Positions 20,402 through 29,440 of a DNA stretch of 64,000 nt are shown here, in pieces; the first letter of the stretch is position 1, and each line of letters opens with the position of its first letter. Origin of the DNA: Marispirochaeta sp. (lineage in GTDB: Bacteria; Spirochaetota; Spirochaetia; JC444; Marispirochaetaceae); assembly GCA_963676835.2 (NCBI GenBank), contig CAXXFF010000002.1, forward strand, positions 1,536,001 through 1,600,000, in the 5' to 3' direction. A program made the position numbers and the translations under genes. The notes under the pieces are model-generated. The model saw only the letters and a list, made by a program, of their open reading frames with translations, was not told where the DNA came from and made no database searches.

Positions 20402-21097
20402 ATGGACAAAGAACAAGAAAAGGTTATCGAGGAAGCTTGGAGCAAAGAGTCGATAATGGATGTAGAGATAAACATCATTGAACGGATGATTGGTTGTAGA
20501 ACCATTGAAGCCGTTGAAGCAGCAATAAGCTATGCACGCTTTCTGCGCTTGTCTGGACTGAACAATGATAATTATCCACTATTTTTACGCCTGCTTGAGG
20601 TGGAAAATCACTGGGTTATTGACTCCCTTATCGGAGACAAGGATCCCTTCCTGCTCCTCAGCTCAATTCACCCTAATAACTATGTGATTTTGAGCGCATT
20701 TAAACTGCTTACCAACTGGCACCCCGGGGGAATCTATCCGAAGACCCTGGCGATTATTCTGGGCGTTCTGCAGGCGAGCTACAGCTCTCCGAAAGACGGT
20801 TACAGGATCTACAACACCAGTATCAACGACGTTAACAACCTGGGAAAACACCTGAACAAGGAACTTGGACAGGATGATCCCAATAACCGTTGTATCCTGG
20901 ATATCCTCGACCGTCTTGGCTCTCTGGCCGGAACCACTGAGAATTCCAGTATCGAGCAGATGGCCCGTCAGTCTAACAGTATCAGAACCTTCTTCTTCGA
21001 CAAGAGGAAAAAGATGGAAGATATTATTCCTCAGGTACTGTTGGTCAAGTCTGACTACATCGCAAAAGAGATCGCCCCGGACAAGGTCTTCGCATAA
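20402..21097 (+). CDS. Uncharacterised helical protein, paralogue P1
   Basis: AGGAGG RBS; shares NYPLFL, DPF, HPGGIYPK, GY, NLGKHL, IP.VLL motifs with P2-P5. Confidence 0.85.
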   Translation: MDKEQEKVIEEAWSKESIMDVEINIIERMIGCRTIEAVEAAISYARFLRLSGLNNDNYPLFLRLLEVENHWVIDSLIGDKDPFLLLSSIHPNNYVILSAFKLLTNWHPGGIYPKTLAIILGVLQASYSSPKDGYRIYNTSINDVNNLGKHLNKELGQDDPNNRCILDILDRLGSLAGTTENSSIEQMARQSNSIRTFFFDKRKKMEDIIPQVLLVKSDYIAKEIAPDKVFA

Positions 21098-21115
21098 GGG
21101 CAAGGAGAGCTTAAT

Positions 21116-21907
21116 ATGAAAGAACTTTTCGAAAAGAAACAAACATGGACACAGACCGACATTGCAAGCATTGAATACAGCCTCTTAAAAGGACTTATGG
21201 GCTGTAGAACCATGGAAGCCGTAGAGTCAGCATTGACCTATGCAAACTATCTTAACAGCATTGGAATTACCAGCAGCAATTATCCCATATTTCTGAAGGT
21301 CCTCGGAGTGCGTAATCACTTTGTTATAGATGCCCTTCTGGGAACCCGGGATCCCTTCCTGTTTATGAGTTCCATTCAGCCCAACTACTTTATTGTGGCT
21401 ACCTGTTTCAGTTTTCTGGCGAAATATCATCCCGCAGAAATCTATTCAAAGACTCTTGGAATTATTCTGGGCGTTTTTCAGGCTGCCTTCAGCAATCCTC
21501 TGGATGGATACAACATTTATCCCCCTACAATTGCGGATGTTAACAGTCTTGGTAAGCACCTCATCGAAGAAAAAGGTCAGGATGACCTCTTAAACAGAAG
21601 TATCCTCGATATCCTGGATAAGATTTCCGAACTGGAAGGACAGGGTAAGGACGAAGAGATGGAAGATCTGGCAGTTCATGCTCATAACATCCGCAACAAC
21701 TTCTTCGATTCCACAAAACATCTTGTACAGGTTATACCCGATGTGCTGCTTAAATCCGAAGTAAACCTTGATCCCGAGGTTGAACCCCGTAAACAGCAGC
21801 CCCTCGCAGATGTGGAAAAGAGTGCTCCTAAGAAGGCGGCGGCAGCAGCGGCTCCCAAGGAAGCGGCCAAGGCAGCTCCTAAAGAAGACGAAAAGGCTGA
21901 AAAATAA
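21116..21907 (+). CDS. Uncharacterised helical protein, paralogue P2, with Ala/Lys/Pro-rich tail
   Basis: AAGGAG RBS; collinear with P1; tail APKKAAAAAAPKEAAKAAPKE. Confidence 0.85.
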   Translation: MKELFEKKQTWTQTDIASIEYSLLKGLMGCRTMEAVESALTYANYLNSIGITSSNYPIFLKVLGVRNHFVIDALLGTRDPFLFMSSIQPNYFIVATCFSFLAKYHPAEIYSKTLGIILGVFQAAFSNPLDGYNIYPPTIADVNSLGKHLIEEKGQDDLLNRSILDILDKISELEGQGKDEEMEDLAVHAHNIRNNFFDSTKHLVQVIPDVLLKSEVNLDPEVEPRKQQPLADVEKSAPKKAAAAAAPKEAAKAAPKEDEKAEK

Positions 21908-21917
21908 TCACACGTCA

Positions 21918-21954
21918 GCAGCAGGACTGGAGGCTACGCTGCCAGTCCTGTTGT
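21918..21954 (+). other. Intercistronic stem-loop without U-tract
   Basis: GCAGCAGGACTGG-N11-CCAGTCCTGTTGT between P2 and P3. Confidence 0.65.
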
Positions 21955-21971
21955 AGGTAAGGAGAGTACCA

Positions 21972-22652
21972 ATGATGCGATGGGAAGAATCTGGTTGGGA
22001 TCAGGAAGATCTTGATAAACTGGAGCTGTCCTTTCTCAACAGAATTTTCAAACTGGAAGAATCTCAGGGTGTTGCAGCTACTGTCACCTTTGCTCGGTAC
22101 TTGAATATGGTTGGAGTGAATCCGGATAATTATCCGATCTTCTTCAGGCTGATTGCCATGAGGAATCACTGGATTGTGGATGCTATTCTCGGAAAAACAG
22201 ATCCGGAAGAGTATTTTATCAATATCCAGCCAAATTTTTATATAATCCGGGAGTGTTTTCGGGGAATAACCGAAGTAAAACGCGGCGGTATCTATCCAAA
22301 GAGTCTGCAGATATACCTCGGTATTCTCAGGAGAACCTACAGTAATCCTCTTGAAGGATACCGTGTATTTCCTCTTGATACCGTTAACTGTAATAATCTG
22401 GGAAAACATCTTAATGAAGAAAAAGACCAGAAAGATCCTTTAAACCTGGATATTCTGACAATTCTTGACAAGGTTGCCTCCCTCATAAGTCCGGGTAAAC
22501 CCGAAAGCGATGAGGCGATTATCAGTGTGGCAACGCAGGCGAATAATATTCGCGGCAAATTCCTTGATATGACCAAGTCTCTCAATGAGGCTATCCCTGA
22601 TCTTTTGCTGGAAGTGGAAGATTATACGAAGCTGGAAATCAGTCCCGAATAA
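21972..22652 (+). CDS. Uncharacterised helical protein, paralogue P3
   Basis: AAGGAG RBS; NYPIFF, IQPNFY, GGIYPK, NNLGKHLNEEKDQ, NIRGKFLDMTKSL..IPDLLL. Confidence 0.85.
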   Translation: MMRWEESGWDQEDLDKLELSFLNRIFKLEESQGVAATVTFARYLNMVGVNPDNYPIFFRLIAMRNHWIVDAILGKTDPEEYFINIQPNFYIIRECFRGITEVKRGGIYPKSLQIYLGILRRTYSNPLEGYRVFPLDTVNCNNLGKHLNEEKDQKDPLNLDILTILDKVASLISPGKPESDEAIISVATQANNIRGKFLDMTKSLNEAIPDLLLEVEDYTKLEISPE

Positions 22653-22687
22653 TAACAAGACACTGCTGTACCAGCAGCACAACATTG

Positions 22688-22723
22688 AAAGCCCGGAGTG
22701 TAGTAGATGCTCCGGGTTTTTTT
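22688..22723 (+). terminator. Intrinsic terminator of the P1-P3 operon
   Basis: AAAGCCCGGAGT-loop-GCTCCGGGTTTTTTT. Confidence 0.8.
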
Positions 22724-22833
22724 ATGTCCATGTATTTTTGTTGCTGCGTCTGTTTCTTTAACTGTCGGGAGGAGAAGAGCAGCGCAGGTGTTAAATAGCA
22801 AGTTGAAATAAAGCTGAAGTTTTCGTGGGGTTC

Positions 22834-24906
22834 TTATTTTCTGAAGGGGCTGGTTACCCTGCGGATAACCTTTTTTACAAAATGTCTTAACCGGGCGAAA
22901 AAGCCCTGCTTTTCTGATATATCGGCGCTTGGCCGCGGTTGATCAACCGTCGGGGGCAATATGGAATCCTTATCTGCAAGCTCTTTTTCGGTGGTACTGC
23001 CTTGTTCAGTTATGTTTTCCGACAGATCCGGATTGGAGCCGCTGCCGGATACTGATTCAAGTCTACCCTGTCGCGTTGTTCCGGAATCTGAAGATTCCAT
23101 GCCCTTATCGGAGGCATCTGAAACACCTCCGGGAACTGTATCCAAATTCCGGTCTTCCCGCTTTTTTCCTGCCCGGTTATGCAGGTCTCCTGTAATTAAC
23201 TGATCTTCATCGGCAGTATGTTCTTCGGGATTCGTACGCTCTGTATTGATTTCGCCATTTTTATACGCGCTTCCCTCGCCTAATCCGCCTTCTCCTTCAA
23301 GGTCGAGAAACTCCCCGGTCAGATCCGGCGTTCCTTCGCCGAACAGATACTCAGCACCGGCTTCAGCTTTACGCTGGGCAAAGCCCGGGTGGCGGTAAGT
23401 CTCTCTGTCCTGCTCTCTGTATTCTTTATCAGGATTCTCTGCGGTGTTGCGCTTGGTATTTTCTTTCGGTTCTTCAGCCTTTTTGCCCGGTCTGTTTTGT
23501 GCCAGGGGTTTCGGCTGACCATTGTCTTGTGCACGTCGGTTCTTATCGATAGGCAGCATGGGAGCTGACCGCTTTTCTCTCTTCTGTTGAGTATTTTCGT
23601 TGCCCACCAGCCTGCCGGTAAGACCGCTGAAATGGTCCTGAAGCCGGCGAAGAACCTCTGCCACTCTGTTGCGGCGGGCTTCCTTATCGGTATCAGGTTC
23701 ATGGAGGCTTCCTGTTATTCCCGGAGTACTGCCTGAGTCTGCTGGTGTTTTCCCTGCAGTGTTTGGCGGAAGAGGTTCCAGTTCATCCTCCAGGGGCATA
23801 AGCAGTTCCGGTTCATCGGAGGTACTGTAGCCGGGCTTATTCTTTCTGGTTTTTCCGGGTAGCTTTTTTCCACGTATAAGCCGCTGAAATGCGGAAACTA
23901 CACGGCTGATAAAGCCTTCACGCTCCGGCGGAGGGGAGACCCCCTCGGGATAAAAGTTCCCGTCCGGTGATGGGGTATGCTGAACTCGTTCAACAGCAGG
24001 GCGGAGAAGGGGTACCGGCGTCTCCGGCGGTGTAAAGTCCTCTTCGCTGGAGATTGTTTCTCCACTGCGTATCCGTTTAAGAATATCAGAGAAGTCCCGT
24101 GCTTCCAGCCTTGCCTTGGCATGCTCATTAAGGTGGTCAATCAGCTCCTTCTCCGGGTGGATTTTTACTATGGTGTTAAGTGCTTCCTCTATGGATGCCA
24201 CTGATTTCGGATTCCTGGCTGTTTTTTGGGCTATTTCAAGAATAGTTGCCTTCTGTTCAGGATCGCCGTCACTTTCCGGTACCAGCTGGAGGAGTTCCAG
24301 GGTAATTACGGATACCGCATAGAGATCCCGCCAGGGCCCTTCAGGGTATTTTTCCGCAGAAAGATAATAGGGTTTTATTTTCTGCACATACCGGCCTTCC
24401 GGAAAAGCATCCACAAAGAGGGATACCCCGATGTTGCGCAGTTTTATACGTCCATATTCAATGTTCGCGTCGGGAACAACTATTGCCCGGGGAGAGAGAC
24501 TGTTGTGATGAATCCCCGCCTGTTCGAGGCTATAGAGTCCTCTCAGCAGAAAAATAATAATATTCATTACCTGGTCAAAGCTGACAATCAGTCCCTTATC
24601 CATCACCTGCCGCAGGGAGTATCCTTCTATCCAGTTAGAAGCCATAAACCGGGTATTTTCGTAGCTGCTGTATTCAAAAGGGGCAAGAATATAGGAGTTG
24701 TCAAAGTTATAAATACGGAAAAACAGATCCTCAAAACTCTGTAGAACCTTTGCCGGTGGGTCATTCTTGAGAAAGTTAAAAAATGAGATGGAAAAATTAT
24801 TGGGAGAATACATGGCCTTAGCCCGCCATGTAGAGAAAATTTCATTCTCTCCCAGATTTTCCTGCAGCAGATAACAGTTATTAATCGGTTTTCCAATAAA
24901 TTCCAT
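22834..24906 (-). CDS. Hanks-type pseudokinase with long disordered C-terminus and amphipathic helices
   Basis: Kinase-order motifs LGENEIFSTWRA, HNSLSPRAIVV, IKLRNIG, YLSAE, RDLYAVSVITLELL with catalytic residues replaced; start reset to ATG 24906. Confidence 0.75.
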   Translation of the reverse strand: MEFIGKPINNCYLLQENLGENEIFSTWRAKAMYSPNNFSISFFNFLKNDPPAKVLQSFEDLFFRIYNFDNSYILAPFEYSSYENTRFMASNWIEGYSLRQVMDKGLIVSFDQVMNIIIFLLRGLYSLEQAGIHHNSLSPRAIVVPDANIEYGRIKLRNIGVSLFVDAFPEGRYVQKIKPYYLSAEKYPEGPWRDLYAVSVITLELLQLVPESDGDPEQKATILEIAQKTARNPKSVASIEEALNTIVKIHPEKELIDHLNEHAKARLEARDFSDILKRIRSGETISSEEDFTPPETPVPLLRPAVERVQHTPSPDGNFYPEGVSPPPEREGFISRVVSAFQRLIRGKKLPGKTRKNKPGYSTSDEPELLMPLEDELEPLPPNTAGKTPADSGSTPGITGSLHEPDTDKEARRNRVAEVLRRLQDHFSGLTGRLVGNENTQQKREKRSAPMLPIDKNRRAQDNGQPKPLAQNRPGKKAEEPKENTKRNTAENPDKEYREQDRETYRHPGFAQRKAEAGAEYLFGEGTPDLTGEFLDLEGEGGLGEGSAYKNGEINTERTNPEEHTADEDQLITGDLHNRAGKKREDRNLDTVPGGVSDASDKGMESSDSGTTRQGRLESVSGSGSNPDLSENITEQGSTTEKELADKDSILPPTVDQPRPSADISEKQGFFARLRHFVKKVIRRVTSPFRK

Positions 24907-24919
24907 AGTATCCGCTGCT

Positions 24920-25849
24920 TCAGGTTTTCTTTTTATAATAGTCCAGGAAAGACTGACCCATGCCGGAATATCTGTCGTCAACTTCCTGCTGCTTTGCAGT
25001 ATCCCGCGGGGTAAACCACTTGCGAAAATACTCCACCAGGTATTCCATGCGGTACATCACATTGGCGGTAATTTTTTCCGCCACTTTTTTTTCATCATCA
25101 AATATGCTGCAGGAAAATACCTGAAGACAGATATCGTATATTTTCTCCCGGGATATGCTGGACATAAGGGTGAGTCTCTGGTCGAAGTCTTCGATGGAGA
25201 GGGCATTGAAATTGTCCGGTTTCAGCAGGGTCAGGAATCTGGTTTTCTCTTCACGGTGCCAGCCGAACTTGTCTTCCAGACCGAATATCTTCATGCCCTC
25301 TGTTTCAAGGTCTGCTTTGTTGTAATCTATTACCACGATAAAGGGTTCGCCGTCGGTATCGTGTTTGATCAGATAATTGTTGGGGTTGCGGTCCTCATCA
25401 AAGAAAAGCCAGCGGTTAAGCAGATCATTGGCCAGCATCTTAATGTAGGGCTCCTGAAGGTAGTTATAGCTTCCAATCTGCATGGCGCTTGGAATCTGTT
25501 TCGTGGCACGGTAGAGGGTCTCTCCGTGACGATAGACAACAGTTGGAGCAGCGGGAGTCTTCAGAAGAAAATCAATATAAAAGGCTATTTCCTGTATTTT
25601 ATGTTCCGGCCCTTCTGCTGCTGATATTTCCTTGAGCAGCCAGGAGGCGCCGTCATCATCCAGTGCGCCGGTATATCCCCGTACCTTTGCAAAGAAGGGA
25701 ACCAGTTCATCATCACCGATATCGGAAAGCTGAAGACTGCACATACTGGTAATAAGCTCTTCAATGGAAAGATCCAGATAGAGGGTCTCCCTGAAACCGG
25801 GATCCTTAACTGTGTCGGCAATCAGCATGTTGGTGTTTTTCTCAGACAT
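24920..25849 (-). CDS. HipA/PI3-4-kinase-like atypical kinase
   Basis: FFAK, QEIAF, catalytic-loop-like DEDRNPNNYLI and VVIDYN. Confidence 0.7.
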   Translation of the reverse strand: MSEKNTNMLIADTVKDPGFRETLYLDLSIEELITSMCSLQLSDIGDDELVPFFAKVRGYTGALDDDGASWLLKEISAAEGPEHKIQEIAFYIDFLLKTPAAPTVVYRHGETLYRATKQIPSAMQIGSYNYLQEPYIKMLANDLLNRWLFFDEDRNPNNYLIKHDTDGEPFIVVIDYNKADLETEGMKIFGLEDKFGWHREEKTRFLTLLKPDNFNALSIEDFDQRLTLMSSISREKIYDICLQVFSCSIFDDEKKVAEKITANVMYRMEYLVEYFRKWFTPRDTAKQQEVDDRYSGMGQSFLDYYKKKT

Positions 25850-26744
25850 AGTACTTCTCCGTCTTGGCTGTTACTGCATATTTCTCGCTAATGTTTCCGT
25901 TTTCAATCAGCAGGTATGGTCCCCGGGTCTGAAGATTGGTGTAGATAATTATGTGATTCTTTATGCCGATAATATCCCGCCAGATACCGGTAAGGTTGCC
26001 GGTATTCCACATGGGGTTGTGTCCCACAATAAAAGGTGTATCTTCGGGGAGATCCAGCTTGCTCAGCATCTTCCTGATATCATGCTCACCGTACTCTTTC
26101 AGATTCGGATTCCCCCGGAATTCATGGAGACGGTTCCACATAAGCTGACGATAGTAGTCTTCGTTGTCCTTGATATTAACCAGTTCATGGCGTGAACAGC
26201 CGTTCCTGATTGGCCCTGCATGGGTTATTGCATAGCCGTTACCGATTATAAACATGGGCAGGGCTTCAAAAAATTCCGAAACTGCCTCGACATATTCATC
26301 TCCCCTGTGCTCCTCCAGGTGAAGACGAAACTCAAGGCCCTGTTTTATGGCACTTTTTGCCAGCCGTTCTTCGAAGGTGTCATGATTCCCGCGGATATAG
26401 ATTAGGTTGTGTTTGTACTGCAGGATCAGGTTGAAAACCTCTTCAAGTACCTGCAGGGACGACGCCATCTCCCGCATTTCACCGGTCTGGTCATTATGAA
26501 CACCGTCGCCGATTATGATTATCCGTAATTTACCTGCATCAAGTTGTTTGCGGTTATCTTCATGCTCAATAATAGCTTTCAGGTTATCCAGTGCACCATG
26601 GAGGTCTCCGATTACTATAACCGGCCGTTTATCCTTTGAAAAATCGAGGAGTCCCCCCGGTCGGCCCTGGTCATCTTTGGCTCTGTCCGGGTTGCTCTCG
26701 ACAATTTTTATCACTTTGCGAATCTCAACGGGGCTGATACTCAT
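25842..26744 (-). CDS. Calcineurin-like (PPP-type) metallophosphoesterase
   Basis: GDLHG, GDGVHND, RGNHD, THAG, VGHNP; AGGAG RBS. Confidence 0.88.
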   Translation of the reverse strand: MSISPVEIRKVIKIVESNPDRAKDDQGRPGGLLDFSKDKRPVIVIGDLHGALDNLKAIIEHEDNRKQLDAGKLRIIIIGDGVHNDQTGEMREMASSLQVLEEVFNLILQYKHNLIYIRGNHDTFEERLAKSAIKQGLEFRLHLEEHRGDEYVEAVSEFFEALPMFIIGNGYAITHAGPIRNGCSRHELVNIKDNEDYYRQLMWNRLHEFRGNPNLKEYGEHDIRKMLSKLDLPEDTPFIVGHNPMWNTGNLTGIWRDIIGIKNHIIIYTNLQTRGPYLLIENGNISEKYAVTAKTEKYYV

Positions 26745-26759
26745 GGTTAATCTCCTGGA

Positions 26760-27470
26760 TTAATTATTAGAGATTTTTCCGGCGAAATCAAAAAAATCTT
26801 CCGCCGGCCGTACCTCCCTGGATTCACGGTTCAATCTTACCAGGAGAACTTCTGGAATAGTGTCTTTCAGTGACTTTGTGTTATCGAAGAATGCATCCCG
26901 CATATTGAAGGCCAGACGGGAAATACCCGCTTTATGAGGTGTGTAATCCATCTGGCCCAGCTTTGTCATCCTGTCGAAAATCTCAAGTATAAGCGAGTTG
27001 GTTGCATCTAACTGATCTTTATCTTCATCCAGGAATTTTCCTATATTCTGCAGGTCTGCTACTTCAATCGGGTAGATGTCATAGCCTGTATCCGGTTTGT
27101 GGTAGGTATATTCAACGGTGCCGAGAACCGCCAGCAGTACTTTTTCATAGATCTGTCCCGGATGCCAGGATGAGATGAGCTCCAGGGCATGGCGGATAAG
27201 GTATGCATTCGGGCGTATGGATGAAAACAGGAGCCTAGGGTCCCGGTCTTCAAGCAGTTCATCGACAACCCATTTGTTGTTGGTCTCAATAATTTTTAAA
27301 AAGAGTAGATAGTTCCTTGATGTTATTCCCACATGGCCAAGATATTTGGCGAATGCCATGCTGGAACCCACCTGTATGGGAGAGGATACACCAAAGATTC
27401 CTTCCAGTATGATCTGTCGATTCTGCATGATAATTTCGTCGAAATCAAACGACAGGTAATCACCGCCCAT
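26760..27470 (-). CDS. Uncharacterised helical protein, paralogue P4
   Basis: AKYLGHVGITSRNYLLFL, DPRLLFSSIRPN, WHPGQIYEK, NIGKFL, FFDNTKSLKDTIPEVLL. Confidence 0.85.
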   Translation of the reverse strand: MGGDYLSFDFDEIIMQNRQIILEGIFGVSSPIQVGSSMAFAKYLGHVGITSRNYLLFLKIIETNNKWVVDELLEDRDPRLLFSSIRPNAYLIRHALELISSWHPGQIYEKVLLAVLGTVEYTYHKPDTGYDIYPIEVADLQNIGKFLDEDKDQLDATNSLILEIFDRMTKLGQMDYTPHKAGISRLAFNMRDAFFDNTKSLKDTIPEVLLVRLNRESREVRPAEDFFDFAGKISNN

Positions 27471-27604
27471 TAATATCCCCAAAAAATCCTTCTGTTCCCT
27501 ATCATATCCAAATAGGAGTATATAAAATAAGTATCATGGATATCATTCCTGATAGCAAGATATGGAATTCACTATTTTTCCGGGCTTTCCGGTAAGGTAT
27601 ATCA

Positions 27605-29440
27605 GTGAATAACAGCCCTTCCTGGGAGCAGCAGCTCGAAGACATCTACCAGTTTGCCCGGCTTCACCACTGGGTAAGCCAGCTGAATGAGCTGATTGAG
27701 CAGTTTGTCGGTGAGTTCTCACAAAATTATAATGAAATCTCCCGCAAGATACATGCCAGTCATCTGTCAGGGCAGCAGAACCCGGCGGACAGTCTTGTTT
27801 CTCTTGTTTTGCTGCATAAATTTCAGACACCGGTCCTCGAAATTACCGAGAAGCTGTTTCATCTGCTTTATGGAAAGCTTGACAGTAAGGATCAGCAGTT
27901 TCTTATTCTCCATTTTTTCAAAGGAATGCTCCCTCTTTCCACTGATGACAGTCATGAGATAATAATCCGCTCATTTATCTCCTATAAAAGGGCAATATTT
28001 CGTGGAATGCAGATTGAAAATCTTGTTTCCAACGTGAATCCCGCAGAAACAGCTCTGTTTTTTACGGTGCTGATCTGCAGAGTAGATGTCCACACCCAGA
28101 ACCGTGCTTTAATAAACCTGCTTCTCTACAGAATTGAGGCGAGGCTCCCGGAAAATGTCCTTCAGGGGGTATTGGTGTACCTCAAGAAGCTCAGACAGGT
28201 TATATACGAGGTCTATACCCGGGGAGAGAAGGTTCTCTCCGATGAGTTGAATATTTCCGAAGAGCCTGATCTGCTTCAGATCGAAGATGATGCCCTCATG
28301 GATACCGCCGGTGTGTATGAGGCGGAAGAAGAGCCCCCTCATGATCTGTCTTTACCGGAAAAAGCGGCTGGATCGACGGCATCCGGTAAATCCGGCAGTT
28401 CAAGTCTTGAGCCTTCGAATGATGATTCAGGTGGACGGACTGCCGGGGAGAAGCCCGGAGGCATGGATAACCCCCGGGAAACAAGTGTCAGATCGCCGGA
28501 AAGTGACATGGCTGCTGATCGTGGGCGGGGAGAACCCACGAGGGGGCAGGAACATGTCCGCCAGGGGGAAGGCTTTGCGGCGGCTGCTTTTGCACAGGAT
28601 ACGACAAACCTGCAGACCCATGGGTCTGCGGATAATACGGGTTCTTCGGGAGATTTTGATGGATTAACCGCATCCGTAAATGGTCCAGCCTCCGGAGCAC
28701 TGGACGGAGCGGTTCTCCAGGAACCGGAAACCGGTGACAACAATATATTTCAGGTGGCGTTTAACCGGAGCATCGAAAAGCTCCTTGATCTTCTCGGGGA
28801 TGCTGGAGAGCTTCCAGTCGGGGAAGAGGCCCTTCTTAACGATGAAACAGACATGAAGTCAGAGGGTGGAACCGGGGAAAGTAACATGGAAAAGCCCCAT
28901 GCCCACAGAGCTGAGCAGAAGGGGGCTCCTGCAGCTTCGGGTCCTGCACGGTCAGGACAGAAAAAGCGTTTCGGCATTGGAATCCTTATTTCCCTGGGCG
29001 CTATCGTACTGCTGTCTGTTGTTCTTTTTGTTGCCCTCGGACAAGGGCACAGTTCCGAGCCTGTCGCGGCCGCTCCGGCGCCGGCGGTAACTGCCCCTGC
29101 TGCAGAGCCGAAACCTGTTCTTCCGGAGATTGTCAGTGAACTGCGGCAGTTGCCTGATGAGCAGACTTCATCTGTAGCATCGGAAGGTATCGGGGGAAAC
29201 AGTATCAATCCCGATATCAAGGTGGAAGATGGTAACTTTCTCTGGCGTGTGCAGGAGGGGGAGTCGGTCTGGAAGATGTATATCTTTGCCAGAGGGGGCT
29301 CTGGAATCTTTAAACTGTCCGTCGATGTAAGCTGGGGAGATTTTCTTGAAATGTTCAGAAATCTTAATCCCATGCTGCGCAATCCGGATGTAATTTATCC
29401 CGACAATCTGCTGCGGCTCCCTGGAAACGATGCTATATAA
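27605..29440 (+). CDS. Single-pass membrane protein with C-terminal LysM-like domain
   Basis: Helical N-domain, acidic low-complexity linker, TM FGIGILISLGAIVLLSVVLFVALG, PA linker, WRVQEGESVW...NPMLRNPDVIYPDNLLRLP. Confidence 0.75.
   Translation: MNNSPSWEQQLEDIYQFARLHHWVSQLNELIEQFVGEFSQNYNEISRKIHASHLSGQQNPADSLVSLVLLHKFQTPVLEITEKLFHLLYGKLDSKDQQFLILHFFKGMLPLSTDDSHEIIIRSFISYKRAIFRGMQIENLVSNVNPAETALFFTVLICRVDVHTQNRALINLLLYRIEARLPENVLQGVLVYLKKLRQVIYEVYTRGEKVLSDELNISEEPDLLQIEDDALMDTAGVYEAEEEPPHDLSLPEKAAGSTASGKSGSSSLEPSNDDSGGRTAGEKPGGMDNPRETSVRSPESDMAADRGRGEPTRGQEHVRQGEGFAAAAFAQDTTNLQTHGSADNTGSSGDFDGLTASVNGPASGALDGAVLQEPETGDNNIFQVAFNRSIEKLLDLLGDAGELPVGEEALLNDETDMKSEGGTGESNMEKPHAHRAEQKGAPAASGPARSGQKKRFGIGILISLGAIVLLSVVLFVALGQGHSSEPVAAAPAPAVTAPAAEPKPVLPEIVSELRQLPDEQTSSVASEGIGGNSINPDIKVEDGNFLWRVQEGESVWKMYIFARGGSGIFKLSVDVSWGDFLEMFRNLNPMLRNPDVIYPDNLLRLPGNDAI

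Noticed and set aside
20402..22652. P1-P3 as microcompartment shell, gas vesicle or flagellin proteins
   Set aside because: Length and motifs do not match BMC, GvpA or flagellin signatures that I can recognise
24907..24981. 62-nt overlap between pseudokinase and kinase ORFs
   Set aside because: Artefact of an upstream TTG; ATG 24906 removes the overlap and starts right at the kinase fold
24920..25849. Classical hipBA toxin-antitoxin module
   Set aside because: No adjacent HTH antitoxin and no HipA N-terminal coupling domain; context is a phosphatase operon
24920..25860. Both kinase (DYYKKKT) and phosphatase (KYYV) end in a YY pair, as a possible tyrosine phospho-cluster
   Set aside because: Too short to distinguish from chance without homologue conservation
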